Below are positions 26,414 to 40,500 of a DNA stretch of 64,000 nucleotides, in pieces (the stretch's first letter is position 1; each line of letters starts with the position of its first letter). The position numbers were made by a program, and so were the translations under genes. Below the pieces are notes generated by a model. That model was not told where the DNA came from. It made no database searches and worked only from the letters and a program-made list of their open reading frames with translations. Source of the DNA: Sphyrna mokarran (taxonomy: Eukaryota); assembly GCA_024679065.1 (NCBI GenBank), contig JAGIQG010000026.1:36084001-36148000 (forward strand), read 5' to 3'.

Positions 26414-29400
26414 GAAACCAAAAGAAAACATCCTGGAAAATCTCAGGTCTGGTAGCATCTGTAAGAAGAGAAAGGGGCTGATGTTTCAAGTCCAGATGAC
26501 CCTTTGGCAAAGCTAAAAGGCATTGGAAGTGGGAGATATTTATACCGTAGGGTGAAGGAATGAAAGATGAGTTAGCCACAAAAACAAGGGGAAAGGCTGC
26601 TAGAGAGAATAGAAGGTCTGAAAGACCAAATGGTAGAGAAACTGAAAGCAGAAGGTAAACTGTGGCAGTTGATGATGATGTGGGGCAGGGGTGGGGAAGA
26701 TGGATGGGAGAAAAGGGAAGCAAAGGGGTGAAAAGATAAGAAAGGGGGATAAAATGGGGTGGGGGCAGAGTGGGCAGGCAGAAAAAAATAAAGTGAAGAA
26801 ATAGAATAGTAAAAATTGAATAAAATAAAAACAAAGGGGTCAAGCTGGGATAGAGTTATTCATCTGAAGTTGTTGAATTCAATGTTGAGACCAGAAGGCA
26901 GTAAGGTACCTAGCCGGTAGGTGAGATGCTGTTCCTCCACTTTGTGTTGAGCTTCACTGGAACATTGCAGCAGGCCAAGGACAGACATGGACATGTGAAC
27001 AAGATCAAGTGTTAAAATGGCAAGTCATGGGAAGATCAGTGTCCTGATTACGCACAGACCAAAGGTACTCAGCAAAGCAATCATCCAGTCTACGTTTGGT
27101 CTCTCTGATATAGAGGCCACGTTGGGAGCGGTGAATGCAATAGACCAAATTGAAAAAATTGCAAGTGAAACCCTGCAAGTGAAATTCTAGTTAACATGGA
27201 ATGTGTATTTTGGACCTTGGATGTTAAGTATAGAAGACGTAAAGGGGAAGGTGTTTAATCTTCTGTGATTGCATAGGAGCTGCCGTAAGTGATGGGAGAG
27301 GTATTGGTTATAATGAAAGAGTGGACTGGGTTATCCCTGGGGGACGATCTCTGCAGAATGCTGACAAAGGGAGTGAAGGAAAGATATGTTTAGTGGTGGC
27401 ATCACATTGGCGAAAATGATGGAGCATTATGCTTTGCACATGGAGGCTGATGAGGTGAAATAAGAACAAGGGGGACTCTAGCCTTCTGGGGGTGGTGGTG
27501 GGGGTATGGAATGCACTGCCAAGTAAAGTGGTGGAGGCAGGTACTCTGGAGTTATTTAAGAAATACTTAGATGGGCACATGAACAGAATAGGAATGGAGA
27601 GGTATAGAGAACTGATTTAAAATAGGGATCATGAGCCTTGGGAGTCCGTGGGAAGTGAGTAAATAGATGATGGATGTATTTGTTTTTATCCTACAGGTGC
27701 TTTGGTCCACCTTGTTGTCTAACGAGGGGCATACACGCAATGGATCGTGAGAGGACTGCTCTTGGATCTTTTTCGAGAGTATCCTACTGCTTCACGTTGT
27801 TAGTGTACGCTTGACCTGGACCATCTGATGGGCAACACGACAGCTCAGTGACCATCGCTGTGCTGTGCAGATACATGGATTTGGGCCTGTGTCTGTGGGA
27901 GTTTGCGCATTCTCCCCATGCTTGCGTGGGTTTTCTCCGGGAGCTCCGGTTTCCTCCCACATCCCAAAGATGTGCTCTTAGGCTAATTGGCAAAACAAAT
28001 TCTCCCTAAATTGTCTCAAATTTGGTTTTTAAATCCATAGATCTATAAACATGGACAGGGATCGCGGGTAGAGATGGGAACATCGGGGTGGCGGCGCGGG
28101 CTCGTTGGGCTGAAGGGCCTGTTTCCCGTGCTGTTTTGTTCTTTGTTCTTCTGGGAGGGAGTGGAAGGGGTGAGGATCATGGTGCAGGAAATGGACCGCG
28201 TGCCGTTGACAGCCCTGTCAACTTCTGTGGATAAGAAACCACAATTGAGGAAAGAGCACATATTAGAAGCACCACTTTGGGAAGTGATATAATTGGAACC
28301 AATATGATGGAGGTGAAGGAGCTGAGAGAAAGGGATGGAATCCTTACAGGATGTAGGCTGTGAAGGATTGTAGTCTAGACAGCTGTGGGAGTCAGCACGC
28401 TTATAATGGAGACGAAAGGAGACAGAAAGGTCAAGGAAGGAAAGGGAAGTACCTGAGATGGACCAAGTGAAGGTGATGGAGTGGTGGAAATTGGAAGCAA
28501 AGTTAATGAATTTTTCCAGGTTTGGACGACAACATGAAGCGGCAGCAAAATAGTGTACTAGTAAAGGAGTTGTGGGAGGTGATCTGGGCAGGCCTGGAAC
28601 AAGGAATGTTCCACAACCCCAAAAAAAGACGAGCATATTTAGGACCCATGGACATACCATTGTTACTCCTCTGATTTGGAGAAAGTGGGATGAATTAAAG
28701 GAGAAGTTGTTGAGAGATAGAACGAGTTCAGCCAGGTGGAGAAGAGTAGTGGTGAATGGGAATTGTTTAGGCTTCTTTTCAAGAAAGCAGCAAAGAGCTT
28801 TCAGGCCATCCTGGTGTGGGATGGAGATATAGAGTGATTGCACATCCATGGTGAATATAAGGCAGTTAGAGCCTGCGAACTGGAAGCTGTCAATATGACA
28901 CAGGTCATTAGAGAAATCCCGACTGCAAGTGGAGAGGGAATGAATCAGAGGAGTGAGGGTGGACTCAAGTGGGGCGTGAGCTGACACAATGAGCCTACCA
29001 GGACAGTCCTTTTTGAATTTTGAGAAATAGGTAGAAGTGGGCTGCCTGGGGTTGGAGACTATGAGTTTGGAATCCAGAGGAAATGGTGTTGGAGATAGTG
29101 GCTTGACATTCAGTGGTGTGGTCACTATCCAGGGGTAGGTAGGAGGAAGTAACTGAGAGTGATGCTCAGCCTCAGTGAGTAGAATTCAGTATACCAAATG
29201 ACAACAGCACCCCCTCTATTGGCAGATTGACAACAAAACCTGAGGCAGCAAAGAGCAGAAAGTTCAGGAGAAAAGAGATTAGAATGGGTGAGGAGGACAG
29301 AAATATTAAGATGGCCAATGTTCTGTCGACAGCTCTCAATGAAAAAATAGTTGTCCCTTTGGGAGTGTCCAACTAGAGGACACCTCACCCTACAGTATAA

Positions 29401-29533
29401 ATATCCCCCACTTTCTATGCTCGAAATGTCAGCTCTTTTCTCTCCTTACAGATGCTGCCAGAGCTGCTGAGATTTCCTAGCATTTTCTCTTTTGGTTTCA
29501 GATTTCAGCTTCAGCAGTACTTTGCTTTTATCA
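26414..29533 (-). mobile_element. Penelope-like retroelement (RT + GIY-YIG endonuclease) with inverted terminal repeats, decayed
   Basis: RT motifs PGRLIVS, FTMDVQSLY and LNNFSFNSSHFLQIRG (28150-29125). GIY-YIG relic NLVYCI...LYIRETKRRL (about 27065-27152). Ends 26414-26490 and 29420-29500 are inverted copies. 14-bp TSD agctacctggtagt (26400-26413 and 29534-29547). Confidence 0.92.
27491..28147 (+). mobile_element. CR1 3' end with embedded V-SINE domain, nested in the Penelope element
   Basis: ORF2 C-terminus VVGVWNALPSKVVEAGTLELFKKYLD, then a 3' UTR containing gagtttgcgcattctcccc...ccggtttcctccc and a gttctt-type tail. TSD cttctggg (27483-27490 and 28148-28155). Confidence 0.88.
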
Positions 29534-31834
29534 AGCTACCTGGTAGTCCTTGGCACAGACAACTTTGAAAACAATTGCAACAGTCACATAATCCAATTAA
29601 GATTAATAAGTGTTACAAGTTTGTACTGTCTGTTTTGTGATAATAAAATACTGTATAACCCAGAAGAAAATGTTCATTTAAAGATTTAAAAATGGAGTTC
29701 TTCAAACCCTCGATAGTGGGGATGGGGAAGGGTGGCGGAGATGGAGGGAACAGAACTCACCTGGCACTTTTGTTCCACGTACTTAATGGAAAGATAGGGA
29801 TGAGGACCAAATTAGGCTCTGTAGAGATGGCAAAAAGCCTGCTAATATTCACTCTTTAACTATTTCACTTGTCAATAGGGTAGTACTTAACCAAGTATAA
29901 CAACTGACATGTGGAAGAGTCGGCAACTTCATGGGAGGACAGGAGGAAAAGAAGATAAACACATTTTATAAGTGGATATTAAATACCCTACACAAGAAAG
30001 TCGAAGCAGATTCAACAGGAACTTTACAAAGGAAAGTGAATAAATACTTGATAAAGGTAGACAAGGATAGAGAAGTGGAATTGATTGGTTCACCTTTTCA
30101 AAGAGCCAACACAGATGGCTTCAATGGCCTCTGATAGATGTATGATTCAATTATATGTGAAAGAGCAGGTGTTCAAATTAAATATGAAACATCTCACAAA
30201 GGTTTGAAACCCAGAACTTCTCTTTTCTGGAGTCAGAAAAGACCCAAAATGAATCCTCAGAAAATGGGAAAACCATTTAGGTTGTGTTAGCAGAGGATGC
30301 TGTCCTATGTTGCATCATCTATGTTCTCACCATTGGGTTAACCTGGCTTGTCTGAGGAGTTAGAAAGAGGTAGTACTAATCCCTCAGTTGATAAATGCAA
30401 CATACAGACCAGAAATGCAAAGTTCACCACTTGGTCTATGTTGAGCTAACTCACCACAGCCAGCAGCCAGAGAAACAGTTTTGTCCTTGTTGTGTCAAAA
30501 CCCATCTCTATTGAATTCCTCCCCAAATAATCTCAGTGGCAGGGGATGGAAAGTGTCTCCATGCCCTTTGTCCAGGCTCACATTTGAGCAATGTGCAGCC
30601 AGCTAGAACAGGAGTGAGGATCAGATTAGGCTCTAGGGAATGGGCAAAAAGCCTGTTAATATTCACTAACTACTGCTCTCATAAATAGAAAGAACTTAAC
30701 CAAAGTATTGCAACTGACATGTGGAAGAGTCAGCAACTTCAGAAGAAGACAGATAGAAAAGGGAGACAATCACATTTACCCAGCACCCACTCCCTCAGTT
30801 CCCCGATTATTTCATTTACTAATACTGATCAATCACATCAGCAATGGTTATGAGAAGTGACCATATATGACAAAGGTGGCTGATATTTCTCCTTGCTTCC
30901 CAAGATTCTGCTGCATTGTCACGAATGCTTCTCCAGCCGAGATCCACAAATCTAAAATTCTCTGGTATTACAGTGGCCAATGTACTTACCTTTTGAATTC
31001 AAGGTAGGAATTCTTACTTGTGAGATCTGATGCACACAATACTTATATACTAGCTGTTAGAAGAAACTGGTATATATGTATATTCATCTAAGTGACTTAA
31101 GTTGATGAACACAAACATACAAAACATTTAAAATCATCTTCTTACCAATCACAAGAAGTCAGCAATCAAACCATGTGGGCTTTTGTCAAATTAGTTGATA
31201 GTGTGGTTCACAGCATCAGATTGTTAATCCTTTGTATCAGCTCCTCTGATAATGCCACCAGCATTTACTATTAACACAATGCTAAAAAAAATTAACATTA
31301 AAAACAAATTAAATCTCAAAAATAATCAGTCCACTTTTAGCAGTTTAAATTTTCAACAATGTAATTGATGACAATCTTCTTGTAAGAGATTTGTACTTAC
31401 TGATTTCTTTCATCTCCTTCCTCCTACTTGCTGTCAATGTTTTAAACCAGCAACTAGGAATAGCCCGATGGAGGATATTTTGTGTAGATTGTCTCTTTGA
31501 CGATTTCAGTGTTCTCATTTGCGATATCAAGAGATTCTGCCCCTCCAACTAATACTCTATTCGCCACAAGTACAACTTATTTTCGAAAAAGTGTGTGCAA
31601 AAACAAAAAAGGACAGTTCAAGGGGCATACAGCATCAATGAATGTCACCAAATGATCTTTCCTAGACAGAGGTAAGACAGAAAAAGTAATTTTAAAAATG
31701 CTTACATGCAGTGGTAATATGAATTAATTCAGGTCATTTCCTGCTTCCATTATTTTCAAAATCTCCTCTTAAGGGTTTGCAGGCAGTAGCCACTTTTTAT
31801 GTCAAATTACTGTGTCAGTACAATCATACTAAAG

Positions 31835-32060
31835 TTCATTTATTAGTGTCACAAATAAGCTTACATTAACACAATGAAGTTACTGTGAAAATTTCTTAAC
31901 TGCCACACACTTGAATTTGTCTGGGTTCACTTACCAGCACATCTTTTGGACTGTGGAAGGAAACCCATGCAGACAAGGGAGAATGTGTAAACTCCACACA
32001 AAATCACCCAACGTGGGTCCCTGGCACTGACATAGCAGTGCTAACCAATGTGCCACCGTG
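31835..32060 (-). mobile_element. HE1/V-SINE-family element
   Basis: The reverse complement has a cacggtggcacattggttagcactgct head and the same tail as 9650-9905. Confidence 0.78.
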
Positions 32061-35000
32061 TAGGAGATCATAGCCAACCCCAATTCTATTTTCACTTGTA
32101 ACTTTTTTTTGGAAAAGAGCTGGATAAGCAGTGCTCTAAGTGCAAGTTTTAAACCAATTGGACCAGGCATTTAGTGGGTCTTATCTATCTGTGCAGTTAT
32201 TTGGTCTTAGTACAATCGTAGGAGTGCTCCAAAGAACTTTTGAAATTGTAGGCTCGGGTCAAAAGCCCAGCATTTATTTAGTAAGAAGTGGGAATTAGAT
32301 TAAGGCATGTTTGGGTTTGGTTATAATACTTCATTCTCCTCCTTTCATGGTTTAGATTAGAATGGCTACTTGGATAAGTTGCTTGATAACACTCATGACC
32401 TATAGTCATGAGTCAACACATTCAGGAGTAAGTGGCTGGGGGGCACAAAACTTACATAAAAATTTTGACCTCAGTGCCAAATACTTTATGGAGCAAGTTG
32501 GCTATTAGGTTACTGGGGTATGGATGATTCATCCATACAATGCACCTGGATTGCCAATGTACACTTTGTTAACCACGTTCAAAGGATTGGGGGTGGATAT
32601 GAAGCTGTTGCAATGCCAAAGAACAAAGAAAATTGCAGCATAGGAACAGGCCCTTTGGCTCTCCAAGCTTGCGCTGACCATGCCCATGTTTATCCTTCCA
32701 GGGACCATATCCATCTATTTCGTTCCGATTCATCTATTTGTCAAGATGCCTATTAAAATTCACTAAATGTTATGATTGGTAATGTCAAAACTTTCAATTT
32801 TAGGTTGTAATGTTATGTTCTCCATACCTGAATTAATGAAATGGCACAAATGCTTTTAGTATTTTTGACTTCATATGACAGTTATCATGGATGCTACAAT
32901 CATCCTTGCTGAACGTGAGAACTTTAAAAATTGGGTCAACATTCTTGCTTCTGGTGAACTTTGCTGGCAGATGAGTATGTATCATTGGAATATCAAGTGA
33001 GTACTTTATACTGTTGAAATCACAACTGAACCTAATGTCCTGGTGCCATTCACTATCTAGCTTACAAAGAATAAACAGAATGTTTTGTTCTCTCCTCCCA
33101 AAAGCTAAAACAAAAAGCTATATTTCAGTTTCAATTCAGAAGACTGATATTTGCAAATTGGCTTCTGGTGATCAAACAACTAAATGCAAATTTCTTAATC
33201 CAGCAGGAGAGCTCAAGTTATCAGAACTGGATTCAGCAATATAATTTGAACCAAGTACAAAATCATTACATCCACAATGACAAATCATGGACTGACACTA
33301 TTAGGTAGGTTTCTTTTGAAAAATAACTGGATCCCATCCAGTTGGATAGCCATTTAAAATGGAAAGGATAGTAAGCACAGGAAACATTCAAAAACCAATT
33401 CCTAAGCAGAGGTCAATGTTAGGAAATATTATTTTCTTGAAACTTTGGCAAATATTTATTCCTTACTGTCTTTCAAAGGGAGCTGGATGAGTTCCTGGAA
33501 AAGATGGCAGCATTTTACAAACCTATCCTGAAAAAGGGTTCCGTTCCCAGCTGCTGGCAGTGCACATCAGAAGATTGAATGGAACATTATCTACCAGCAG
33601 CACATACCTCAACAATTTTTAAAACAGCATTAAAACCATCCTGAGCCATGGTACCACAATTAAGAAGTGGTGAAGAGACAGGTTTAAACAAAAAAAAAAT
33701 CCACTAAATAGAACAGGCCTAAAGCAGCTGAAATCTCTGCTACCAATTTCAGGAATGTAGGAAGAAGAAATGCACAAAGTAGGCCAGACTCAAAGGTCAA
33801 AAATGAAGAAGGAGGAGGCATATGTGGAGATCATGAAATCAGGATTGAAGTTTGGCCAGCGAAGGAATTAAAGATAAGGTCAAAAGACTTTGAATAATGC
33901 TTTAGGCACAAGGACTCAGTATAGCAACTGTAAGACCGCCTCTTACAGCTTATCAGAGGTTAGAAATAAGCATTGCTAGAAGTTATTTGCCTACTTTGCA
34001 CAAAGCCCAATTTTCATGATTCTAAATGTCACATTCCCTTGACAATATTGTATTTTAGACTGCGCTGTGTGGAGCACTTTTAAGTCTCCAATCTGATCCT
34101 TGTAGTAAAATGTCACAGTCAGGTCATGAATTGACACTATAGTGCATTAAAGGAAAGCAGGTGCTCAGAAAACCATCCTATCCTACTAAGGCTAGCGCTG
34201 GAGTAAAATTCCAGTGTTCCATGAGATGGATTTTCAAGTGTTTAGGCCAATTATTAGACCTTGATACAGAAGAGATACTCAAAATGGAAAACATTGGTTA
34301 AGTGAAGGTCATCAAAAAAAAAAAGAGCCTGAGCATTATTTCAAAGAGTATTTATTCCAGTCTACATACTTCAGGCCTGCTGTTTTTTTTTTCTCCACTG
34401 GACTGTACAGCAATTTTGAGCATTTTGTGAAAACTGGACATAAAAACAGTAACTTCTTATAAAAAAATCTGTACAGCAAGGTTCCTAAACACCCTAATAC
34501 AAATTACTCCTATACAGATGACATACAATATGGAGCAATGATTTTTTAAAATAAAATCATTTTTCTATTATGCATTTCATATTTTTGTTGAAATATAAAA
34601 CATATGATGTGTTGATCCTCTTTTGAGAACATTTTTGCTGCAGGTCATCCAGACAGTTGTGATTTGTCCACTATGTCTGTCTGGTCTGGCATCTTGATAT
34701 TATACCGTTACTGGAAAATGCAAATGTCAAGAAGTTGAGCAATGCTAACTTGGCTTAAAACAAAAGCTAATGTTTTTTCTTTAACTGTATCATTCATTAG
34801 GATCGTCAGATCCAATCATTCATGTTGTAGATAAGAATAAATGAGCAAATATCAGACCACTGAGATCAGAGCCTGTAGTCATCTCATTGGCAAGACTCAT
34901 ATGTAGCCAAACAACATAGATTAAAAGCACAAAAAGAGGACTGTATTTATCTGTTTCAACTTAGAGAAATGCACATTCTTGCCACTCTATTTCCTTACAC

Positions 35001-36519
35001 TCAGCTTCCAGGCTTTATAAGATATTAATTTACTGGGTCACAATTGTAATTTCTTTTATATGTAGGCAACAACTGTGGTAACCACCCTTTATGATCTTTC
35101 AGGGCCTCAACATCAAACTAGTCTATTGTTAAAGTATTGTTAAAGATGCCAACTGCCTGATTTCTCCACACATGTGAACTGACTAGTTCTATGCTTCCAG
35201 TGTTTCCTGTTTAGAATTCAGTTCCCTAAACTTCTTGGGCCAGTTTCCAGGTATGACCCACAAGTCACTTGTAACATCCCAAATTGGATTCAAAATAATA
35301 TAGCAAATTTGGGTTTGGTTTTATTTAAGTACTTATCCTATGCTTTCTAATCCAAGAATTCAGGAATACCGACCTGGGAAACTTAAACTAAAGCCTATTG
35401 GTCAAATGTAAACCCCAAGACCCATCAAGTTAAGTTAACCATGCTTTAGTTTACGTTGATTGGCTGGCATCCAGCACATAATCTTGGAGATTTGAAAAGG
35501 ACTTTTTAAGCACTGTTGCCACAATATTGGATAAATATTAATCTGAACACTAAGGTTTATTACTCTCAGCAGCTTCAAATATACATAGGTTAACGGAAAA
35601 AGATGGATTTAAACTTTATGTTTGGCCTCCTAAAGGTTCATTGTAACTCATAAGTTATTACGAATACCTCAGACTCTCCTCACTTATGACCGAAGAAAGC
35701 TGATTACAACCTGACTTCCATCACGCCGTCCTCATTCATTACTTAAGAACAGAATTTAAGTCTTCCTTTATCTGCAAATTTGCAGTGGATGGGGAGGGAG
35801 GGGGACGCAGTGGAGAATTGACAGTGACCAATAACACATTTATTCCCAAAAATTCAACTAATCTGATCCCCTAATTACTGGCAAGATAATGACTAAAGCC
35901 AACAACAATTACTCATTGATTTTTGATCCAGTACAACCTACATTTGTATTAGCCAGGGGTCAGCTTCTGTCTGCTTTGAAACTTGTTTTGAGAAGTCTAG
36001 GCCAGTGGCTCCCAACTGGGGTGCCGTGAAAAAAGATTCAAAATGATTAAAAATTAATGTAATTAAACTAAAACTAACCTCCATCTTTAGCCCTATAGTC
36101 ACCTTCTCAAAGACCCGATGAACCTCAGGTCTCCTGCACATGTGCTGGTAAGCAAAGAGTCGCAGATGTGCGGTTGAGATTTTTTTCTGTTGGTCAGGCC
36201 CATAACCAACAGGATTTGCAACTGAAGACAAACGCCTCATTGCCCCACACAAAAAGCAAAGACTCAAAAAGGATACAAAACCATGGTTGAAGTGAGAGAG
36301 AGACAGAAGTAAAAACTAGCATATGCTGTTCTGAAAATCAATATTGAAACCATGCCAATATTTTGTACCTATAATAACACATAACTAATTCTAGATATGA
36401 GATTAATATTATGCTTAAACTTCTGTCCTGCACTTGATCCTTTTTTTTTTTAAAAAAAGTTGCCACTTTTTTCTCATATTTCATTTTTTTTTACCTGAAG
36501 TAATACTACTCAAAATATT

Positions 36520-36635
36520 AATAAAAGCAAAATACTGCAGATGCTGGAAACCTGACATCAGGAAAAATACTGGCAAAACTCAATTGGGAAGCATCCATGG
36601 AGAGACAATCAATATTCCTGCTGATGACCATTTCA
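36520..36635. mobile_element. Penelope terminal-repeat fragment
   Basis: aaaagcaaaatactgcagatgctggaaa is similar to the reverse complement of 29440-29530. Other fragments lie at about 100-190 and 55045-55105. Confidence 0.6.
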
Positions 36636-37149
36636 AAATATTCAATCTTGCATGAATTGGATACATTATTCGTGAACTTTTTTTAAGGAAATCAAGAATC
36701 CCTTTATATAGTTTCCATTTATATTGTACTGTTTACATTTTTCCCTAGTAAATGGCTCACGTTCTGCAATAGTTGGAACTTAAGCTATCAGAGGTCAGTT
36801 ACCATGCTGGGAATTGGGTTTTTAGCATACCCTCATGCACACTGCAACATGGAAACCAGCCTTTCTCAATTCTCTCTGGATTTCTGCCCACACTGTCATT
36901 GCGAATGGAAGCACAAAATGGCCCCAAAAAGTCTTTTGCTAAAGGGTAGTTTGGAGAAAACAGGTGTGACTCAAAAATATTTTGATAGTATAGAGGTGTG
37001 CCTTAACATATAAAAGGTTGGAAACCATTGGCCTCGGCTTCAATATTCCATTTACTATGTAAATGATTAACAATTGACTCCAGTTGTCTAAATCAATAGG
37101 CCATAACTTGCAGTTATTAGTGTACTTCACTGATGGAAATGCTGTTTTC

Positions 37150-37530
37150 CCACTGACTGAAATAAAAATACCGTTTGCTTCAACATGCTTGTCTCTGTCT
37201 CAGAAATTAGTGAGCTATGCACTTAAGTCCAGAGCAAGATTTCAAAAGTGCTGCTTCATCAGATGTTCTCTATTGATTATGGTCTACCAATGTTTTTCCC
37301 TGTCTGCCTACTTATGGATGTAAAAGATCCTCAGGCGATACTTGAAGAGGACAGTGCTCTTCACTGTCCTGGCAAACATTTATCCCTCAAACCATCATCA
37401 CCAAAAATAAGTAATTTTATCATTTGTTAATTTGTGTCATTGCTTTGGGCAAATTGACTGTGAAGGCCATCTATAATCAAAGTATATTTTAGAAAGATCC
37501 ATTGCTTATAAAGCACTAGACAAATGCAAC
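37150..37530 (+). mobile_element. Ancient SINE remnant (Deu-domain-like)
   Basis: ggatgtaaaagatcc...tgtcctggcaaacatttatccctcaa matches my recollection of the DeuSINE core. Confidence 0.5.
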
Positions 37531-40500
37531 ATATTACCTGTTTTGAGGTGGACTATTCCCAGCAAAGAATTCTGTACCAATTGGTAACTCCTGCATATTA
37601 AGCCGCAGCTTACATGATACCACTAGTTCTTGGTACCAATTCAATTAAGCAATTTCAATTTGCATTTTTAGAATAAATAATTGAAAATTACCACTGATTA
37701 ATTCAGTTAAATATTGTCTTGGAATACATAACTAAAGTGGCACTAAGAACTGGACACAATATCTTCCAAATTCTGTAGTTTACCAACACAGCTGAACAGA
37801 AAATTAATATACAAGTCTAACATAATAAAGGTCTGGCTAAATAATGGTAATTGTCACCTTCTAAATACTATCCTCCCTCTGATCTCGACCTTTCCAAACT
37901 CAGAATGGGCCAAACTGTAATCATTATACAAACAGGCCTTGTGTCTGCATCTTGAAATACCTTCCTAACTTCTTCGATAAGTAATCAAAATAGGTGGAAG
38001 GGGGCAAAAATAGGCACCCAGATATATGGGATTCGTTTCCTAAAATTGCTAAATAAAGATACAACCATTATACAACTTGAATAAGACACAATTATGATCT
38101 TAGGCTGCTTAGTGGTCAGTACCACAAGGCCCTCTAGTGGTGGAAATAACACAATATTAGGAGTCACAAGGTATCTTGATTGAATAGGTTAATTTGCAGG
38201 GTTAAAACACTAATTTAATCAAATCATCCATGCAGCTCTTATGATGGTAAACACAAATTGTGACACTTTGTAAAAGCAGCACATTATTCTTGGAGAATCT
38301 CATTTTTATCAGCTGCTAGAGAAAAGGCACAGAGCAGTAGGAAGCAGGTGAATGCCTCATAATGTAATTCAACACAGGCACTAATGAGCCAGGCTTAAGG
38401 ACATTAGAAATTGTTCCTATAATAAACACAAATACTGCATTAATATCAGCGCAGACCTGTTCTCATTGCTGGATATAAATTCTCGCTAAATTCAATAAAA
38501 ACTCTGGTCGTTATCTAGCTCAAAGGTTCAAACATCTATTGTAGGGATACTCTTGCCAGAAACTGTTATATGATCGGGGATAAATACTTATGGTGCGTTA
38601 ATAACCTGCAAAATGAAATATCTGATGTCTTAGAACCATATTAAGCTAGCACCTCCTCTGAGTTTCTCCTCACCCTCAATCACCAAAACATTTAGCAACT
38701 CTGATATAATTAATGAAGATTCGTACTTAGTGCACAGGGGACAGAAGTAAAACTACAATTCCCAATAAGCTCTTATCCCATGCAAAAGGAAATAAAGCTA
38801 AAAGCAACATTTGATCTGCAGAGTAAGGGTAATTACTGCTAATGTACATTCTGAGGTGACAGAAGTCAAGTATTTTCCATAGCTCTTCAAATCCTGGTGA
38901 GGATGTCCTGATCAGTATACAGTGGTCATGGCACTGATTATTGCCAATGAAGCTTCACACTACATTCAATGAATTAGATACATTTCCTACAAACACTAAT
39001 ACAACTCAAACTAAATACAAATCCATACATTGAAATCACAAGGAAAAATGGAACTTTAAAAATATTGTCCTAAGTTCCACAGAAACTATGGACTAATTGT
39101 AATGCATTAGTCCGTGGGAAAGAAAACATTGCACTGTTGGTCTAAGTGATATCAAAATATCTTGCACAAATCTGCAAAGGGGCAAGGACACATTTAGCAA
39201 TGAAGTGAATCTATGTATAGCAGATTCATGTGGTCTTGAGAAATTGGAAATACTGACTGCATTCCTCTAAAATGCAAGGACACTCCTGATGGGAATCATA
39301 GAGCTTCTGTAAAATCAGTGTAAACCATTTAAATCTTGTCACTATAGTGATTTGAATTATGAAACCATAACTGAAAGCGCAGCATCGTTTAAAGTATTTG
39401 CTTCTATAGTCGGACCTGTGCATAGTATCTCAATTAAAGGTTTAATTTCAAATGTTATACTTTGTATTATGCATCATAATTGAATAGCTTGCTCTTAATG
39501 GACCTGAAAGCAATTTTAAATGCCCAATTTTGAGATGATAATTTGCCAATGAAAGAAGCAGTGAAAGCAAACAATGCAAACTTAATTTCTAGTTAAGCTT
39601 CAATCATTTTTTCCCAGATTTCACTGTACTTAAACTAGACATACCAACAAGAATATTCAGACACAAGTGTGTATTTTGGCTGATCACAAGCACAGGCCCA
39701 TAACAGAACCAATTAAATCTGATTTGAACCATCGGTGACATCATGGCATAAGCATAAATATGGTCAATTGATGAGGTCATTTTCCACTCCACCAAACTGA
39801 TATTGGAGCGAAGCTTATATCGCAAGAAAGAAAAATCAAGAACCTTTAGAAATCCTTTCTATTTCAAACCCTTGAGTTTAATGCTTTTAGACCACTCAAG
39901 GCAGTCACGTGATACATAATGTAGTTCAATTTTTAAAACCTGAAAGAAAAAAAACATGAATACTATTTTCCTTCAGACTGTGTGGAAAAGCAAATCAAGA
40001 GTTCAGTCAGACTCATCTTTTAAAACAGAATCAAACATAATTTAATATTGGTGAGAAAATAAATTAAGTACAAAAATGTTTAATAACTTAAAACAACCTT
40101 CTGGCTTTGTAGCAAACTAAAATAAAGCAACAGTATTTAAACATTTACATCCACCAACTCACAGTACACATTAAGCCTAGGCACTTCTACCTTGCCAGGA
40201 ACTATACTTTGTACTGAATTAATGAAAATAATTCATTCTAGCTGCCATGCAATATTTAACTCTTTAAAAAAAATGTAACATACAACTTTAAAATACATCA
40301 CACTCGCCCCTCCTTTTTGGCTAGATCTCAGAATTGATGATTGATTTCCCTGGGTACTCTGGACAACATCCAATCTCTTGTTTTATACAACTTTCCCAAT
40401 CCCTGGAATATTCCCAGTGCTTCTTGCAGACTCACTTGAATGACTCAATTTTTTAATGCTTGTAGTGCTGAATATTCAAGTAAGTAAGTAGCATTATTAA

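Larger units (their letters stand above)
25887..29600 (+). pseudogene. IgL constant exon relic, copy 3, split by SINE and Penelope insertions
   Basis: Three pieces match the C exon in order: 25887-25964 (after acceptor ttacag; cccagcaactt...tccaccaaa), 26281-26413 (tttgcctggccagcaaattatccatg...tggacagtc...agctacctg) and 29548-29600 (aactttgaaaacaattgcaacag...aatccaattaa). Confidence 0.85.
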
